Of a stretch of DNA of 64,000 nt, positions 37,280 through 47,203 are shown one piece after another (the first letter of the stretch is position 1; each line of letters opens with the position of its first letter). The notes under the pieces are model-generated. The model searched no databases, had not been told where the DNA came from, and saw only the letters and a program-made list of their open reading frames with translations. Both the position numbers and the translations under genes were made by a program. Origin of the DNA: Thermoplasmatota archaeon (GTDB taxonomy: Archaea; Thermoplasmatota; E2; JACPAO01; JAHFTW01); the NCBI GenBank assembly GCA_041601615.1, contig JBFIHX010000008.1, positions 1 to 64,000 of the forward strand, written 5' to 3'.

Positions 37280-38514
37280 GGGGCGCTCCGTTCTTCAGCC
37301 ACGCGGCGCGCGATCTCTGCGAGCACCGTTTCCTTGGGGCCTTCGTAGTGTTCTTGCAGGCCGTTGGCTCCGAGCAGCCATGCTTCTGTGTCGTGGGCGC
37401 CAAAGCTGCGGGCGGTGTTGGCGATGATGAATTGGGCGCCGTAGCGCTCCAGGCGTCCTCGGGCTCGATCCAGCAGGGCGTCGGCGTCGCTTTCGGCTTT
37501 GAAGGCCACGAGTGTTGCGCGGGGGAGGCGGGCGCGGATGGATTCGATGATTTTGCCAAGCGGCCGGAGTGTGAGGGTGAGGTCTTGTTCCGACGCGAGC
37601 TTGGTGGGGCTGGCTTCGGGGGCGTAGTCGTTGATGGCAGCGGGCATCCAGACTTGGTCGTAGGCGTCGTCCGTGGCGCCGTCGCCCAGGCTTTCGACGA
37701 GTCGCACCAAGTCCGCGTGGGTCGAATAGCGCAGGGTTCGTTCTTCCAAATCGGCGGTCACGGGGGCGGTGGCGTTGCCGTACCAGAGGCGGACGTGGGC
37801 GCCAAGCCTGCGCAGTTCGCGGGCAAGCACGAGGGCACTTTGGCCGCTGCTGCGGTTGGTGAGCACGCGCATGGGGTCCACGGGTTCAGCGGTGGCGCCA
37901 CCGACCACGAGGGCGGATTTTCCGGCAAGTGGACCGTGTTGTTGGGCAAGCCGATGGATGACTGCTTCCACGATTGCCTCCACGGGCGCGAGTTTGGCTT
38001 TCTTTTCCTCGTGTAGCGGCTCGACCCAGGTGACTCCGAGTTCTTCGACGAGGGCGCGGGCGTGTCGGCCAACAATGGGGTGTTGGAGCATCGCTTCGTG
38101 CATCGCGGGGGCGACGACCACGGGAGTACGGGTGCCAAAGGCCACGGTGGCGCAGGTGGTGACGGGCGAGTCGTCGATGCCGAGCGCCATTTTGCTCACG
38201 GTGTTGGCCGTGGCGGGTGCTATCAGAAGTAGGTCGGCTTTTTCGGGCACGTCACCAAGCAATTGGACGTGTTCCACTTGGCCAGTGAGCTTGGTGACGA
38301 CGGGGTTGCCGGTGGCAAATTCCATCGCAGCTTCCGTGAGGATGCCGAGGGCGGCGTCGCTCATGACTGCATGAACCCGCGCACCATGGCGGCCTAGTTC
38401 TCGGGCAAGCTCCACGCACTTGACGGCGCCAATGCTGCCGCTGACGCCGAGGACGATGCGGCGGCCCTCGAGGTGGCGGCTGGCCAAACCCCGCAGGTTC
38501 TCCACCGGATGCAC
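37276..38514 (-). CDS. coaBC: Phosphopantothenoylcysteine decarboxylase/ligase
   Basis: LGVSGSI, APATAN..SK.A.GI.D, APAM...M, G.T.EPVDP.R.L.NRSSG, AFKAE. Confidence 0.95.
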   Translation of the reverse strand: MHPVENLRGLASRHLEGRRIVLGVSGSIGAVKCVELARELGRHGARVHAVMSDAALGILTEAAMEFATGNPVVTKLTGQVEHVQLLGDVPEKADLLLIAPATANTVSKMALGIDDSPVTTCATVAFGTRTPVVVAPAMHEAMLQHPIVGRHARALVEELGVTWVEPLHEEKKAKLAPVEAIVEAVIHRLAQQHGPLAGKSALVVGGATAEPVDPMRVLTNRSSGQSALVLARELRRLGAHVRLWYGNATAPVTADLEERTLRYSTHADLVRLVESLGDGATDDAYDQVWMPAAINDYAPEASPTKLASEQDLTLTLRPLGKIIESIRARLPRATLVAFKAESDADALLDRARGRLERYGAQFIIANTARSFGAHDTEAWLLGANGLQEHYEGPKETVLAEIARRVAEERSAP

Positions 38515-38612
38515 GGGGGCTACTCGGCGAACTTGGCTTAAAAGGGCCCGGTCGGGTCGTGTCGCTGCGCGTGCGGAGGCACTTGATAAGTAGGCGCGGT
38601 TGTGCCTTGCGC

Positions 38613-39371
38613 GTGCCCATCACTGTCCACGAGACTGCCGAATTCGATGTCCAGGGAGGCGCGGTGATGGTGGCGTTTCCGAGTTTTGGCCTCGTGGGGA
38701 CGTTGGCGGCCAATTTTTTGATCGAGCACTTGAAGCTCCAGGAAGTTGGGGCCTTGGACGGCGAGTCGTTCCCCACACTCGCGGTGGTGGAGGACGGAGA
38801 GCCGCTGTCGCCGATTCGTTTGTACTTTGGACACTTGGACGCAGCCAGTGCAGGCAGGACGCCGCTCGTGTTGGTGTTGTCGGAGTTCCAGCCAGATCCA
38901 CCGATGGTGCATGAGTTGGCGGCGTCCTTGTTGCGTTGGAGCCACGACAAGGGCGCGGCACTAATGGTCAGCCCCGAGGGTTTGCTCGTGGAGGAGGACC
39001 CTAGCGGGCCCGATATGGAGGTGTTTGCGGCCGCGAGTTTGCCGGAGCTTCGGGAGCGGTTGCGTGGCCTGGGAACGCCCTTGTTTCGCAACGGGCTGGT
39101 GACGGGAGTAACCGGCACGCTTCTTGCGATGGGCAAGCGCCAGGGCATGCCGATTGTGGGCGTGCTTGCGGAAGCGGTGCCCGATCAACCAGATGCGCGC
39201 AGTGCCGCCCAAGTGGTGACGTTGCTAGGTCGCTTGTTTGCGGTGGATTTGGACACTTCAGTCCTCCTGGCGGAAGCGGAGCGGTTTGAGGCGCGGGTGG
39301 CGGAGGCAATGCGGGTGCAGTTGACGCGGGACGGCGAGCGCGGCCACACGCAGTCGGTCATGTACGGATAG
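38613..39371 (+). CDS. PAC2-family proteasome assembly chaperone
   Basis: FP..GLVG.LAA.FL...L, P.RLY, G.V.GV.G.LL, PDARSAA; GTG start inferred. Confidence 0.88.
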   Translation: MPITVHETAEFDVQGGAVMVAFPSFGLVGTLAANFLIEHLKLQEVGALDGESFPTLAVVEDGEPLSPIRLYFGHLDAASAGRTPLVLVLSEFQPDPPMVHELAASLLRWSHDKGAALMVSPEGLLVEEDPSGPDMEVFAAASLPELRERLRGLGTPLFRNGLVTGVTGTLLAMGKRQGMPIVGVLAEAVPDQPDARSAAQVVTLLGRLFAVDLDTSVLLAEAERFEARVAEAMRVQLTRDGERGHTQSVMYG

Positions 39372-39438
39372 CACTTCGAGGCATGGCGGCGCCGGAGCCG
39401 TTGGGACCGCTTTTCTGTCCGACCCGTGTCCCCGCTTC

Positions 39439-41337
39439 GTGGAGTACGCGGCCCTGGTGGATCACTTCGAGCGCATGGATGCGACGACGAAGCGACTCGA
39501 GATGACCGCGATTCTTGCCGAGGCGCTTGATGATCTTGGCCGGGAGGAAGTGGAACCGGCACTTCGGCTCATGCAGGGCAAGGTCGCGCCGGATTGGGAA
39601 GGCATCGAATTGGGTCTTGCCGAGAAGCTCGTGTTGCAAGTGCTGGCCCGTGCCGCCGGCCTCAATGTCAAGGCGGGTGGGGTGGCGCAGGCCACCAAGA
39701 TATACCACGACGAGGGAGACCTGGGGCTCGCCGCACAACGCCTCATGGAACAAAAAGGCGGTGCTGCACAAGTGGGGCTTTTTTCATTCCAAAACGAAGC
39801 AACTGCATCACTTAGTGTTACAGAAGTATTCAATCGCCTCAAATCCATTGCTTTGGTGCAAGGGCAGGGAAGCCAGGACGAAAAGCAACAACTGCTATGG
39901 AAGCTCCTGTCCGACGCTGGACCCCGCGAAGCCAAGTACATCGTGCGCACCGTCGCCGGACGCTTGCGCCTCGGTGTCGCGGACATGACGTGCCTCGATG
40001 CGCTTACTGCATGGCACCGAAGACAACCGGTTCGATCCGTCACCGAAATGGAGCCCGAGGAACGCGCCACCCACGAAGATGTGCGCCGCCGCATCGAACG
40101 CGCCTTCGACCTGCGTAGCGACTTGCCGTTTGTGGCCCGCACGCTTGCCGAGGGCGGACTGGACGCCATCGACGAAGTGCAAGTGCAACACGGCACGCCG
40201 CTTCGCCCCATGGCAGCCGAGCGCTTGAAGACCCTAGGCGAAATTCTCGAAAAACACGAGGGCCGCTCCGCCTTGGAATACAAGTACGACGGTCTGCGCG
40301 TGCAAGCGCACGTCAGCGCCGACCCGAGTGTCCCCGTCAAGCTGTTTAGCCGCCGCATGGAAGACCTCACAGCGCAATTTCCAGACGTTCAACAGTACCT
40401 CCGGGCCGCACTCAAGGGAAAAAGCGCCATCGTGGAAGGCGAATGCGTCGCAATGGACCGCGCCACGGGACGCATGAGGCCGTTTCAGGAAGTCAGCCGC
40501 AGGCGAGGGCGCAAGACCGGCCTCGGAGAAGATGCGCGCCAGGAATCCGCGCTGGCCGACGGAGCCGCCACCACCACGAACATGATGGACGAAGTGCCCG
40601 TCACTGTGTTTTTGTTCGATTGCATGGCCGTCGACGGCCAATCCGTGATGCACGAGGGCTACCAGACCCGCCGCGACCGCATCCCGCACGTCTTCCGACT
40701 CGGTGACGAAGTCATGTTGTCCACCATGAGCATCACGGAAGACGAAGGCGCCATGGAGACGTTCTTTCAACAAGCCGTGCAAGACGGCGCCGAGGGCGTC
40801 ATGGCCAAGGCACTCGACGCGCCGTACAAGGCCGGCAACCGAGGCTTTGACTGGATCAAATACAAGACCGATTACACCGAGGATCTCGTGGACACCATGG
40901 ACCTCGTGGCCATTGGTGCATTCTACGGTCGCGGCCGCCGCGCCGGTTGGTACGGGGCTCTTCTCATGGCTGCCTACGACCCGGACTCGGACACCTACGC
41001 CAGTGTCTGCAAGCTCGGCACTGGCTTCGACGACGCCACCTTGATGGGCCTCAAGGACAAATTCGCCCCGCACCAAAGCGAGACGAAGCCCGCCGGCGTC
41101 GACAGCGACATGGTGCCCGACGTTTGGTTCCAACCATCCGTTGTCATGGAAGTGCAAGCCGCCGAATTGACCTTGAGCCCGACGCACCGCGCCGGATGGG
41201 GCAGCATAAAAGAAGGCGCCGGGCTCGCTGCGCGTTTCCCTCGGTTTACGGTGTGGAGAGAGGACAAATCGCCGCAGCAGGCGACGACTGTGGGAGAAAT
41301 TCAGGGAATGTACGAGATGCAAGGACAAACCACCTAG
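39439..41337 (+). CDS. lig: ATP-dependent DNA ligase
   Basis: EYKYDGLRVQAH, FSR, EGE, FD, EGVMAK, WIKYK.DY, G.GF.D, RFPRF...R.DK. Confidence 0.97.
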   Translation: MEYAALVDHFERMDATTKRLEMTAILAEALDDLGREEVEPALRLMQGKVAPDWEGIELGLAEKLVLQVLARAAGLNVKAGGVAQATKIYHDEGDLGLAAQRLMEQKGGAAQVGLFSFQNEATASLSVTEVFNRLKSIALVQGQGSQDEKQQLLWKLLSDAGPREAKYIVRTVAGRLRLGVADMTCLDALTAWHRRQPVRSVTEMEPEERATHEDVRRRIERAFDLRSDLPFVARTLAEGGLDAIDEVQVQHGTPLRPMAAERLKTLGEILEKHEGRSALEYKYDGLRVQAHVSADPSVPVKLFSRRMEDLTAQFPDVQQYLRAALKGKSAIVEGECVAMDRATGRMRPFQEVSRRRGRKTGLGEDARQESALADGAATTTNMMDEVPVTVFLFDCMAVDGQSVMHEGYQTRRDRIPHVFRLGDEVMLSTMSITEDEGAMETFFQQAVQDGAEGVMAKALDAPYKAGNRGFDWIKYKTDYTEDLVDTMDLVAIGAFYGRGRRAGWYGALLMAAYDPDSDTYASVCKLGTGFDDATLMGLKDKFAPHQSETKPAGVDSDMVPDVWFQPSVVMEVQAAELTLSPTHRAGWGSIKEGAGLAARFPRFTVWREDKSPQQATTVGEIQGMYEMQGQTT

Positions 41338-41396
41338 CATCGGCCCAATTCAACACCTCCCTCTCCATTTATGCACCCCCTAGAGTAGCCGCCGGG

Positions 41397-42284
41397 GTGG
41401 GTTTGACCAAGATTCGCCTGTCTCGGTTGCGTGACGAGGTGCGGGCATTGCAGATGCGATTGTCGGAGATAGAGCGCAAGCTTGCCAAGAAAAGCGATGA
41501 TGCGCAGGCCATGAACGCGCTGACGTCGGCGCAGGATTATTGCGTGGAAGCAGAAAAATCGGCGAAGGCTGGAGACTTGCAACGGGGCTGGAAGAAGGTG
41601 CACCGGGCCCGCGAGGCGTTGGTGTGTACGATGCAGCCGGTGCAGGTGCGCCTGGAGGCCGATGATTTGCTGCGCCGAGCCGCCTATTTGGATGTTGAAA
41701 AGAATCAGCTCTTGCAGCAATGGTTGAGCCAAGGCCTGGAAGCATTGCCCTTGGAGGACCAGCGGCGCACGGTGCGGCGGGCACTCAACCTGCACAACGA
41801 GCACTGGGATGTATTCTACCAAGCGGCGCGATTGACCGATGCGCGATTGCGCAGTCTTTCAGGGATGCTGATGATTGCCACCGCGGGCGCCATAGCAGCG
41901 GCATCCGTGGGTGGTCTTGAGTTGGTTCCAGGAATGGCAGGCGGCACGTTTGCGGCCATCGTCGTCTTGCTGGGCCTCGTCGGCGGTAGCACGAGTGCGT
42001 TGGTGGCCACCATCACGGGCTCCACGGATCGAATTCTGCCCATGCATACCATCGATAGTTCCTGGAGCGTCCTGCGAACACCGTTTGGCGGATCCAGCGC
42101 ATTGCTGGTGGTCCTGGCACTGGGCGGCGGCATGCTCGGAGTCACCGTGGAAACGGCCCAGGGATACTACGTCTGGGCGGCGGTTGCCGGTTTCAGCGAG
42201 GGACTCTTCGTGCGCTTGGCCGCCGGCATCGCGGGACGGTTTGGCACGGAGCGATCTGCGGATGACCGGGTGATTGACGCGTAG
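41397..42284 (+). CDS. Membrane protein: N-terminal helical domain plus four TMs ending in AGFSE
   Basis: Coiled/helical N-terminus; G..GG..S, R...G, AVAGFSE pattern; start inferred. Confidence 0.6.
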   Translation: MGLTKIRLSRLRDEVRALQMRLSEIERKLAKKSDDAQAMNALTSAQDYCVEAEKSAKAGDLQRGWKKVHRAREALVCTMQPVQVRLEADDLLRRAAYLDVEKNQLLQQWLSQGLEALPLEDQRRTVRRALNLHNEHWDVFYQAARLTDARLRSLSGMLMIATAGAIAAASVGGLELVPGMAGGTFAAIVVLLGLVGGSTSALVATITGSTDRILPMHTIDSSWSVLRTPFGGSSALLVVLALGGGMLGVTVETAQGYYVWAAVAGFSEGLFVRLAAGIAGRFGTERSADDRVIDA

Positions 42285-42658
42285 CGCAAAGCGATTCGCA
42301 CGAAATTTGGAAGCCACTCTGGGCAACCGGCGATCTAGTTGATTCGAGGCACAGGACTCTTCACCCTCATGCCGGCTCCGTCCGAGAGTCCTATCAAGGC
42401 CAGCAAGACAGGGACCTCGAGCTGAGCGCCAGGCCGCGGACGCCGCGCCTCCCCCCCCAACCCATCCCGAGTGCCTCTTCGACCTCGGCCAGACGCTGAA
42501 CCATTTTGATTCATTTCTCATCTTTTTAATGGGGTTTATCCGAGCAAGCCAATCCCCCATTCAACCATATATCCACTATATCTAGTGGAATAATGCCCGA
42601 ATATTGGTAGGTATTCCCCCATCCGCCTTTACAGCGGAAAAATACTCGAAGAGTCGAG

Positions 42659-42685
42659 GATATTGGGCCAACAGAAGCATATATC
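42659..42685 (+). promoter_or_regulatory. Island promoter: inverted GGCCCAATATC box and TATA-like GCATATATC
   Basis: GATATTGGGCCAA (42659-42671) is the exact reverse complement of 16560-16572. Confidence 0.5.
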
Positions 42686-42733
42686 AGCATAAGGTCCATG
42701 ATGGTGCTGTCTGATACAGACTAGGTGAACAAC

Positions 42734-42943
42734 ATGGCCAAGACGCTACCCACCGTGCTTCTCGCACTATCACTGCTTGCCCTCACATGTGCCGCCCCAG
42801 TCGATGCATACGGCGCCTGCGTTGGGATCTGCATCGATGTCGCCGACACCAATGGCGACGGTGAGTACCGCGTTCAAACATGCACCGGAAACGTGAACGT
42901 CCAAGTGGGCCTGAGCAACGAAGCCCATTTCTGCGGGAACTGA
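42734..42943 (+). CDS. Small secreted protein with one Cys-bracketed curlin-like repeat and a DxNGDG loop
   Basis: GGTGA-N5-ATG; signal peptide; DTNGDGE; CTGNVNVQVGLSNEAHFC. Confidence 0.75.
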   Translation: MAKTLPTVLLALSLLALTCAAPVDAYGACVGICIDVADTNGDGEYRVQTCTGNVNVQVGLSNEAHFCGN

Positions 42944-42953
42944 GGCGGTTCAA

Positions 42954-43454
42954 ATGAGCCCACTTCTCACATGGGGCAGCACGACACTGCTTCTCGTCGC
43001 CGCATCGCTTGGATTGTCCCTCGTGGACAACGCATCGGACCCCGAAGCCCCTACCTCGATGACTGAAGCACTCCCGCCGCTGGACTCGACCGGCGGCGAG
43101 CACGAGTCGTTTGACCTATTGACAACGATTCATGGACACTTGGATTTCGACCTTCCAGAACATGCAACAGGTTGGGCGACTGCGACGCTGGCACCACTCG
43201 ATTCTACTCCAGTGCGAAGCGACCGCAGCCTCTGCATCAAGCTCGTTCGACTCGAGCCCTCCCCTGTAACGCTTCGCCAATCCGGTCAATGCGGAATGAA
43301 CGTCAACGTGCAATCGAACTTGGATTTTGGCGACCAAACCGTATTCGAGACAGATCTTGCCGAACTAGACCCCGGGCAATACCGCCTTGAATTCGAGGCG
43401 GACCCGCAAGCAGCGACCCTCCAATTTGTGGTTGCCTGGGAGATTGCACAATGA
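42954..43454 (+). CDS. Secreted/anchored beta-sandwich-like protein carrying a CGMNVNVQ segment
   Basis: Hydrophobic N-terminus; LDPGQYRLEF; CGMNVNVQ segment shared with neighbours. Confidence 0.7.
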   Translation: MSPLLTWGSTTLLLVAASLGLSLVDNASDPEAPTSMTEALPPLDSTGGEHESFDLLTTIHGHLDFDLPEHATGWATATLAPLDSTPVRSDRSLCIKLVRLEPSPVTLRQSGQCGMNVNVQSNLDFGDQTVFETDLAELDPGQYRLEFEADPQAATLQFVVAWEIAQ

Positions 43455-43762
43455 ACAGTTGGGTACTCGCAACAGCGCTTGCCTTGGTAGCTCTCGCGGC
43501 CCCAGCGTCGGCCGATCAAGAAGCCAGCGACGGAGCTTGCGAGAATGAGGTGGTGGTCCAGTATGACCTGCGCCACAACGAGAAACACTGCAGCAGTTGC
43601 ACATTCATGATCATCATCCAGGTGGGTCTGGATAACGATACATCATGCAGAGACATCTGCATGTACAACGTCTTCATACAGGTTGGGTTGGGCCATAATT
43701 TTGTTCATTGTGGATCTCTCCCCGTTGACCTCGTGTCACACGTACAAGCAACGATTCCCTAG
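43451..43762 (+). CDS. Small secreted protein with three Cys-bracketed curlin-like repeats
   Basis: ATGA overlap; signal peptide ending PASA; CENEVVVQYDLRHNEKHC, CTFMIIIQVGLDNDTSC, CMYNVFIQVGLGHNFVHC. Confidence 0.8.
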   Translation: MNSWVLATALALVALAAPASADQEASDGACENEVVVQYDLRHNEKHCSSCTFMIIIQVGLDNDTSCRDICMYNVFIQVGLGHNFVHCGSLPVDLVSHVQATIP

Positions 43763-43835
43763 ATTCAAGGGCATCCGAACGCACCCAATTCTTGGAAGCT
43801 GGTGCTTTCCAAGGCGACCCTTGGTGATGAACCGT

Positions 43836-45401
43836 TCACCCTAGGGCACTTCGATGCACCAAGCTCTTCGCCGTCATCTCAGCCCCAATCGGGAGCCCCA
43901 TCAAATCCAGCAACGTCGGAGCAACGTTGCACAGCGCCCCGCCGGAGCGAAGCGAGACCCCTACGCCCGCGTGGACGGCGATGAGTGGACTGGGTTCCAT
44001 GCTGTGCGCCGTGACGCGGTCTCCGCGCCCTCCGTCGTCGGCGACTTTGCACATTTCTTCGCAGTTGCCGTGGTCGCTGGTGATGAGGACGAGGTAGCCG
44101 AGTTCGCCCGCCACGGAGACGAGGCGGTTGAGGCAGTTGTCCATGAATTCCATCATTTGGACTGCGGCATCGAGGTTGCCGGTGTGGCCGACCATGTCGG
44201 GGTTGGCGTAGTTGACGACCATGAGATCGTAGTCTTCGCTGCCCATGGCATGGAGGAGTCGATCGGTGACTTCGCCTGCGTTCATTTCGGGTTGCAGGTC
44301 GTAGGTGGCGACTTGGGGGCTGGGGATGAGGATTCGGTCTTCTCCTTCGAATGGAGTTTCGCGGCCGCCACTGAAAAAGTAGGTGACGTGGGCGTATTTT
44401 TCGGTCTCCGCGATGCGCAATTGACGCATGCCAAGGCCCGCGATGTGTTCGCCGAGCGTGCCGGTGGGGCGGGAGGGCGGGTAGGCGATGTGGATGCCGG
44501 GCCAGGCGACGAAAGCGTCGTCGTATTGCGTGGTGCATACCCAGAGGAGGTTGCTGGGCGGCGTCCGGTCGAATCCCGTGAAGGCTGGGTCCATGAAGGC
44601 GCGGGTCATTTCGCGGGACCGATCGGGTCGGAAGTTGAGCCAGATGCAGGCGTCCCCTTCGCGCACGGCACCGTTGGGATCGATGCGGGTGGCGGCTGCA
44701 AATTCGTCGTCCTCGCCGGCAAGGTACGCGGCGGCAAGAGCGGCTTGGGCGTCTGGTGCGTCCCGAGTGGCGGCGGCTCCGGTGTACAAGTCGTAGGCGG
44801 ACTGCACGCGCTCCCAGCGCTGGTCGCGGTCCATGGCGTAGTATCGGCCCACGATGTCGGCGATGGTGCCGTTGTTAGCCCGGGTCATTTGGGTCGTGAG
44901 GGTGTCGAGGAAGCCGGCGGCGCTGCGGGGGTCCGTGTCGCGGCCGTCGAGGATGGGGTGGACGAACACCTCGTCGATGCGGGCACTTGCAGCGGCTTTG
45001 AGGGCGGCGGCAAAGTGGTCTTCGTGGGCGTGGACGCCGCCGGGGCCTAGGAGCCCGAAGAGGTGCAGCCGTCCGCCGGTGCTGCGAACATGATCGAAGG
45101 CGGCTTGGTAGGCATCGTTGTTGCCAAATTCGGTGTCCTCGATTGCCTTGTTGATGCGCAAAAAGTCCTGGTAGACGATGCGTCCGGCGCCGATGTTCAA
45201 GTGCCCCACTTCGGAGTTGCCCATCTGGCCTTCGGGCAAGCCAACGTGGTGCTGGTTGTTGTCGATAAACGTCCAGGGCGACTCGGCGCGCAGCTTGTCG
45301 AGCGTCGGCGTGTTGGCCAGTTCCACGGCGTTGCAGGGGTGATCGGGGTCGCCGAATCCAAAGCCGTCAAGAATCACCAGAAGAGCTGGGCGGTGGGCCA
45401 C
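43836..45401 (-). CDS. gpmI: 2,3-bisphosphoglycerate-independent phosphoglycerate mutase (bacterial-type)
   Basis: ILDGFG, VGLPEGQMGNSEVGHLNIGAGR, GRYYAMDRD, NFRPDR, AETEKYAHVT, NYANPDMVGHTG, SDHGN; GTG start at 45401. Confidence 0.96.
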   Translation of the reverse strand: MAHRPALLVILDGFGFGDPDHPCNAVELANTPTLDKLRAESPWTFIDNNQHHVGLPEGQMGNSEVGHLNIGAGRIVYQDFLRINKAIEDTEFGNNDAYQAAFDHVRSTGGRLHLFGLLGPGGVHAHEDHFAAALKAAASARIDEVFVHPILDGRDTDPRSAAGFLDTLTTQMTRANNGTIADIVGRYYAMDRDQRWERVQSAYDLYTGAAATRDAPDAQAALAAAYLAGEDDEFAAATRIDPNGAVREGDACIWLNFRPDRSREMTRAFMDPAFTGFDRTPPSNLLWVCTTQYDDAFVAWPGIHIAYPPSRPTGTLGEHIAGLGMRQLRIAETEKYAHVTYFFSGGRETPFEGEDRILIPSPQVATYDLQPEMNAGEVTDRLLHAMGSEDYDLMVVNYANPDMVGHTGNLDAAVQMMEFMDNCLNRLVSVAGELGYLVLITSDHGNCEEMCKVADDGGRGDRVTAHSMEPSPLIAVHAGVGVSLRSGGALCNVAPTLLDLMGLPIGAEMTAKSLVHRSALG

Positions 45402-45499
45402 GGGGCGGCGACGGTGCAGGTGTTGTTCAAGGTTGGGAAGCGCTGGGCTCAAGTTCGTCCACCAAAAAGACCAACAACCGCAAAGTTTCGGCGCCTCGC

Positions 45500-46534
45500 A
45501 TGCGCGTCGTGGTGGCCTTGGCCCTGATCGTGGTCGGTTTTGCCGGGTGCAGTGAAGAAACAACTCCTTTGGTCCTCGACGAGGAACCAGCGCCTACCGT
45601 GGTTACGGACCCGAGTGATTATTCCTACAACACGACCCGCCAGCACATCCACGACTACTGGAACGACCAGCAGAGCATAGAGGTGTTCTCGAAGACGAAG
45701 TCGATCGGCACCATTGTGTTCGACGACTATGAAGACGAAGAGGTGCGCGGAGATACGGACCAGGTCATTCCGCAAGGAGCCAAGTGGGTCAACATCACCA
45801 TGGACTGGGACCTGAATGAGCCGCGCATCTACAGCGCGACCGAATTGTGGCTGCGCACCGCCAAGGAGACCGAGCCGTTCCTAGTGGGCCCCATCGAAGA
45901 CGGCGAGACGGTGACGTTCCTGAGCGACAACGGCCACGACGACCTGCCGCACCAGCGACTGAGTGCTTGGATGTTCATTCTGCGCTTCTACAGCGACGTG
46001 GCGGACCACATCCTCACCCAAGGCACCGTGGACGTGACGGTGACGGCGGCGCGAGGCTTGGAAATTCCCGTCTATCCTGGACACCCAGACCAATGGAAGG
46101 ATGCCACGGAATTGCCCTTGTTGGAGCATGAAGGAAATGTGGGCATGGACACGGGCCCCCACTCGGTTGCTGGAGTTGGCGCCGGCCACTGGTGCTTGTT
46201 CCAGTGCTTTGGAATCCTGCGGCTGGACGACGGCGCCATTGTTCCGTACAACACGAGCATGGTCGAGGTGGTGTTGAGCGAAAGTTCCGGCACTTCCACT
46301 CCGACTCTGCCTGGCCTGATGTTCCACGGCGCCGATACACTCGAATGGACCCTACTGGAACCCTCCGAGCAATCTGGCTCCACGCGGACGTATCAAATCG
46401 AAGTGCTCCCCGGAGCCGGCGACGGCGCCTACGCCCAGCAGAGCTTATGGGAATTCCATGTGGTCATCGATGAACCGGTGCCGAATGGAGTGTTCGTTGG
46501 ATCCTTTGATTTGAAGGCGAGGGCGATTCGCTAA
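45500..46534 (+). CDS. Lipoprotein of unknown function
   Basis: Lipobox FAGC; HIHDYW; two similar halves each ending in a W.F.(L/V) strand. Confidence 0.75.
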   Translation: MRVVVALALIVVGFAGCSEETTPLVLDEEPAPTVVTDPSDYSYNTTRQHIHDYWNDQQSIEVFSKTKSIGTIVFDDYEDEEVRGDTDQVIPQGAKWVNITMDWDLNEPRIYSATELWLRTAKETEPFLVGPIEDGETVTFLSDNGHDDLPHQRLSAWMFILRFYSDVADHILTQGTVDVTVTAARGLEIPVYPGHPDQWKDATELPLLEHEGNVGMDTGPHSVAGVGAGHWCLFQCFGILRLDDGAIVPYNTSMVEVVLSESSGTSTPTLPGLMFHGADTLEWTLLEPSEQSGSTRTYQIEVLPGAGDGAYAQQSLWEFHVVIDEPVPNGVFVGSFDLKARAIR

Positions 46535-46564
46535 CCTCGCAGCCCCCGACGCGGTGCTGTTGTG

Positions 46565-47104
46565 TCAGGGAGCCGCCAAATTCCAGGTCTGGACGCGCTC
46601 ATACTCGGGCCCCTCGGGTCCGAGGCGACTCTGGAAAAGCACGACCTCGGCCAGAGGGCCTTGCCAGAACGGCCCTGGGAATTCTTGGAGCAAGTTGCGC
46701 AGATCCTGAGGCCGCTTGCACCGAGCAAGCGTGATGTGCGGGACAAATTGCCGGCTTGCTTCTGGTTGGCCAAGCGATTGCGTCGCCGCCACGATTCGCT
46801 GCTGCAGCGCGCGCAGCGGCTCCGCCTCCAAGTTGGCCCAGACAATGCGGGCATGGCGCGGGTCTTGGAACATCCCAAGGTGCCGAATTGCGCCGTCCAT
46901 GGCTTGGGCGTCTTTCACCGCGGCCCCAACGGCGGTACGGATGGCTTCCCTGTCGCTCGATTCCTCCACGTCGCCAAAAAACCGCAGCGTCACGTGCTCC
47001 GTGCCCTCCGGAACCGGCCGCACGCCATCCAGCCGCTGCAACGTATTTCGTACCGGACCCAGGACATCCGCGCAGGAGACCGGCAGGCCAACAAACAAGC
47101 GCAC
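46565..47104 (-). CDS. thpR: RNA 2',3'-cyclic phosphodiesterase (2H family)
   Basis: MRLFV, HVTLRFFG, FVPHITLAR, QSRL.P.GP.Y. Confidence 0.93.
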   Translation of the reverse strand: MRLFVGLPVSCADVLGPVRNTLQRLDGVRPVPEGTEHVTLRFFGDVEESSDREAIRTAVGAAVKDAQAMDGAIRHLGMFQDPRHARIVWANLEAEPLRALQQRIVAATQSLGQPEASRQFVPHITLARCKRPQDLRNLLQEFPGPFWQGPLAEVVLFQSRLGPEGPEYERVQTWNLAAP

Positions 47105-47203
47105 GCAAGATCATTGTCTCCGGGCGCTTTGGAGGTTCGGGTGGACACAAGCGGACACCCCAATCCGCTCCGGCGGCGGCAAGCGTCAAGTTCTCGGGCC
47201 CGA

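Noticed and set aside
41397-42284. Four-TM protein as an anti-phage effector
   Set aside because: No adjacent sensor, cyclase or nuclease gene; the resemblance is too weak to support
46562-47203. Fusion-like N-terminal extension of the M28 peptidase
   Set aside because: It is the antisense of thpR; the signal peptide begins at 47204/47216
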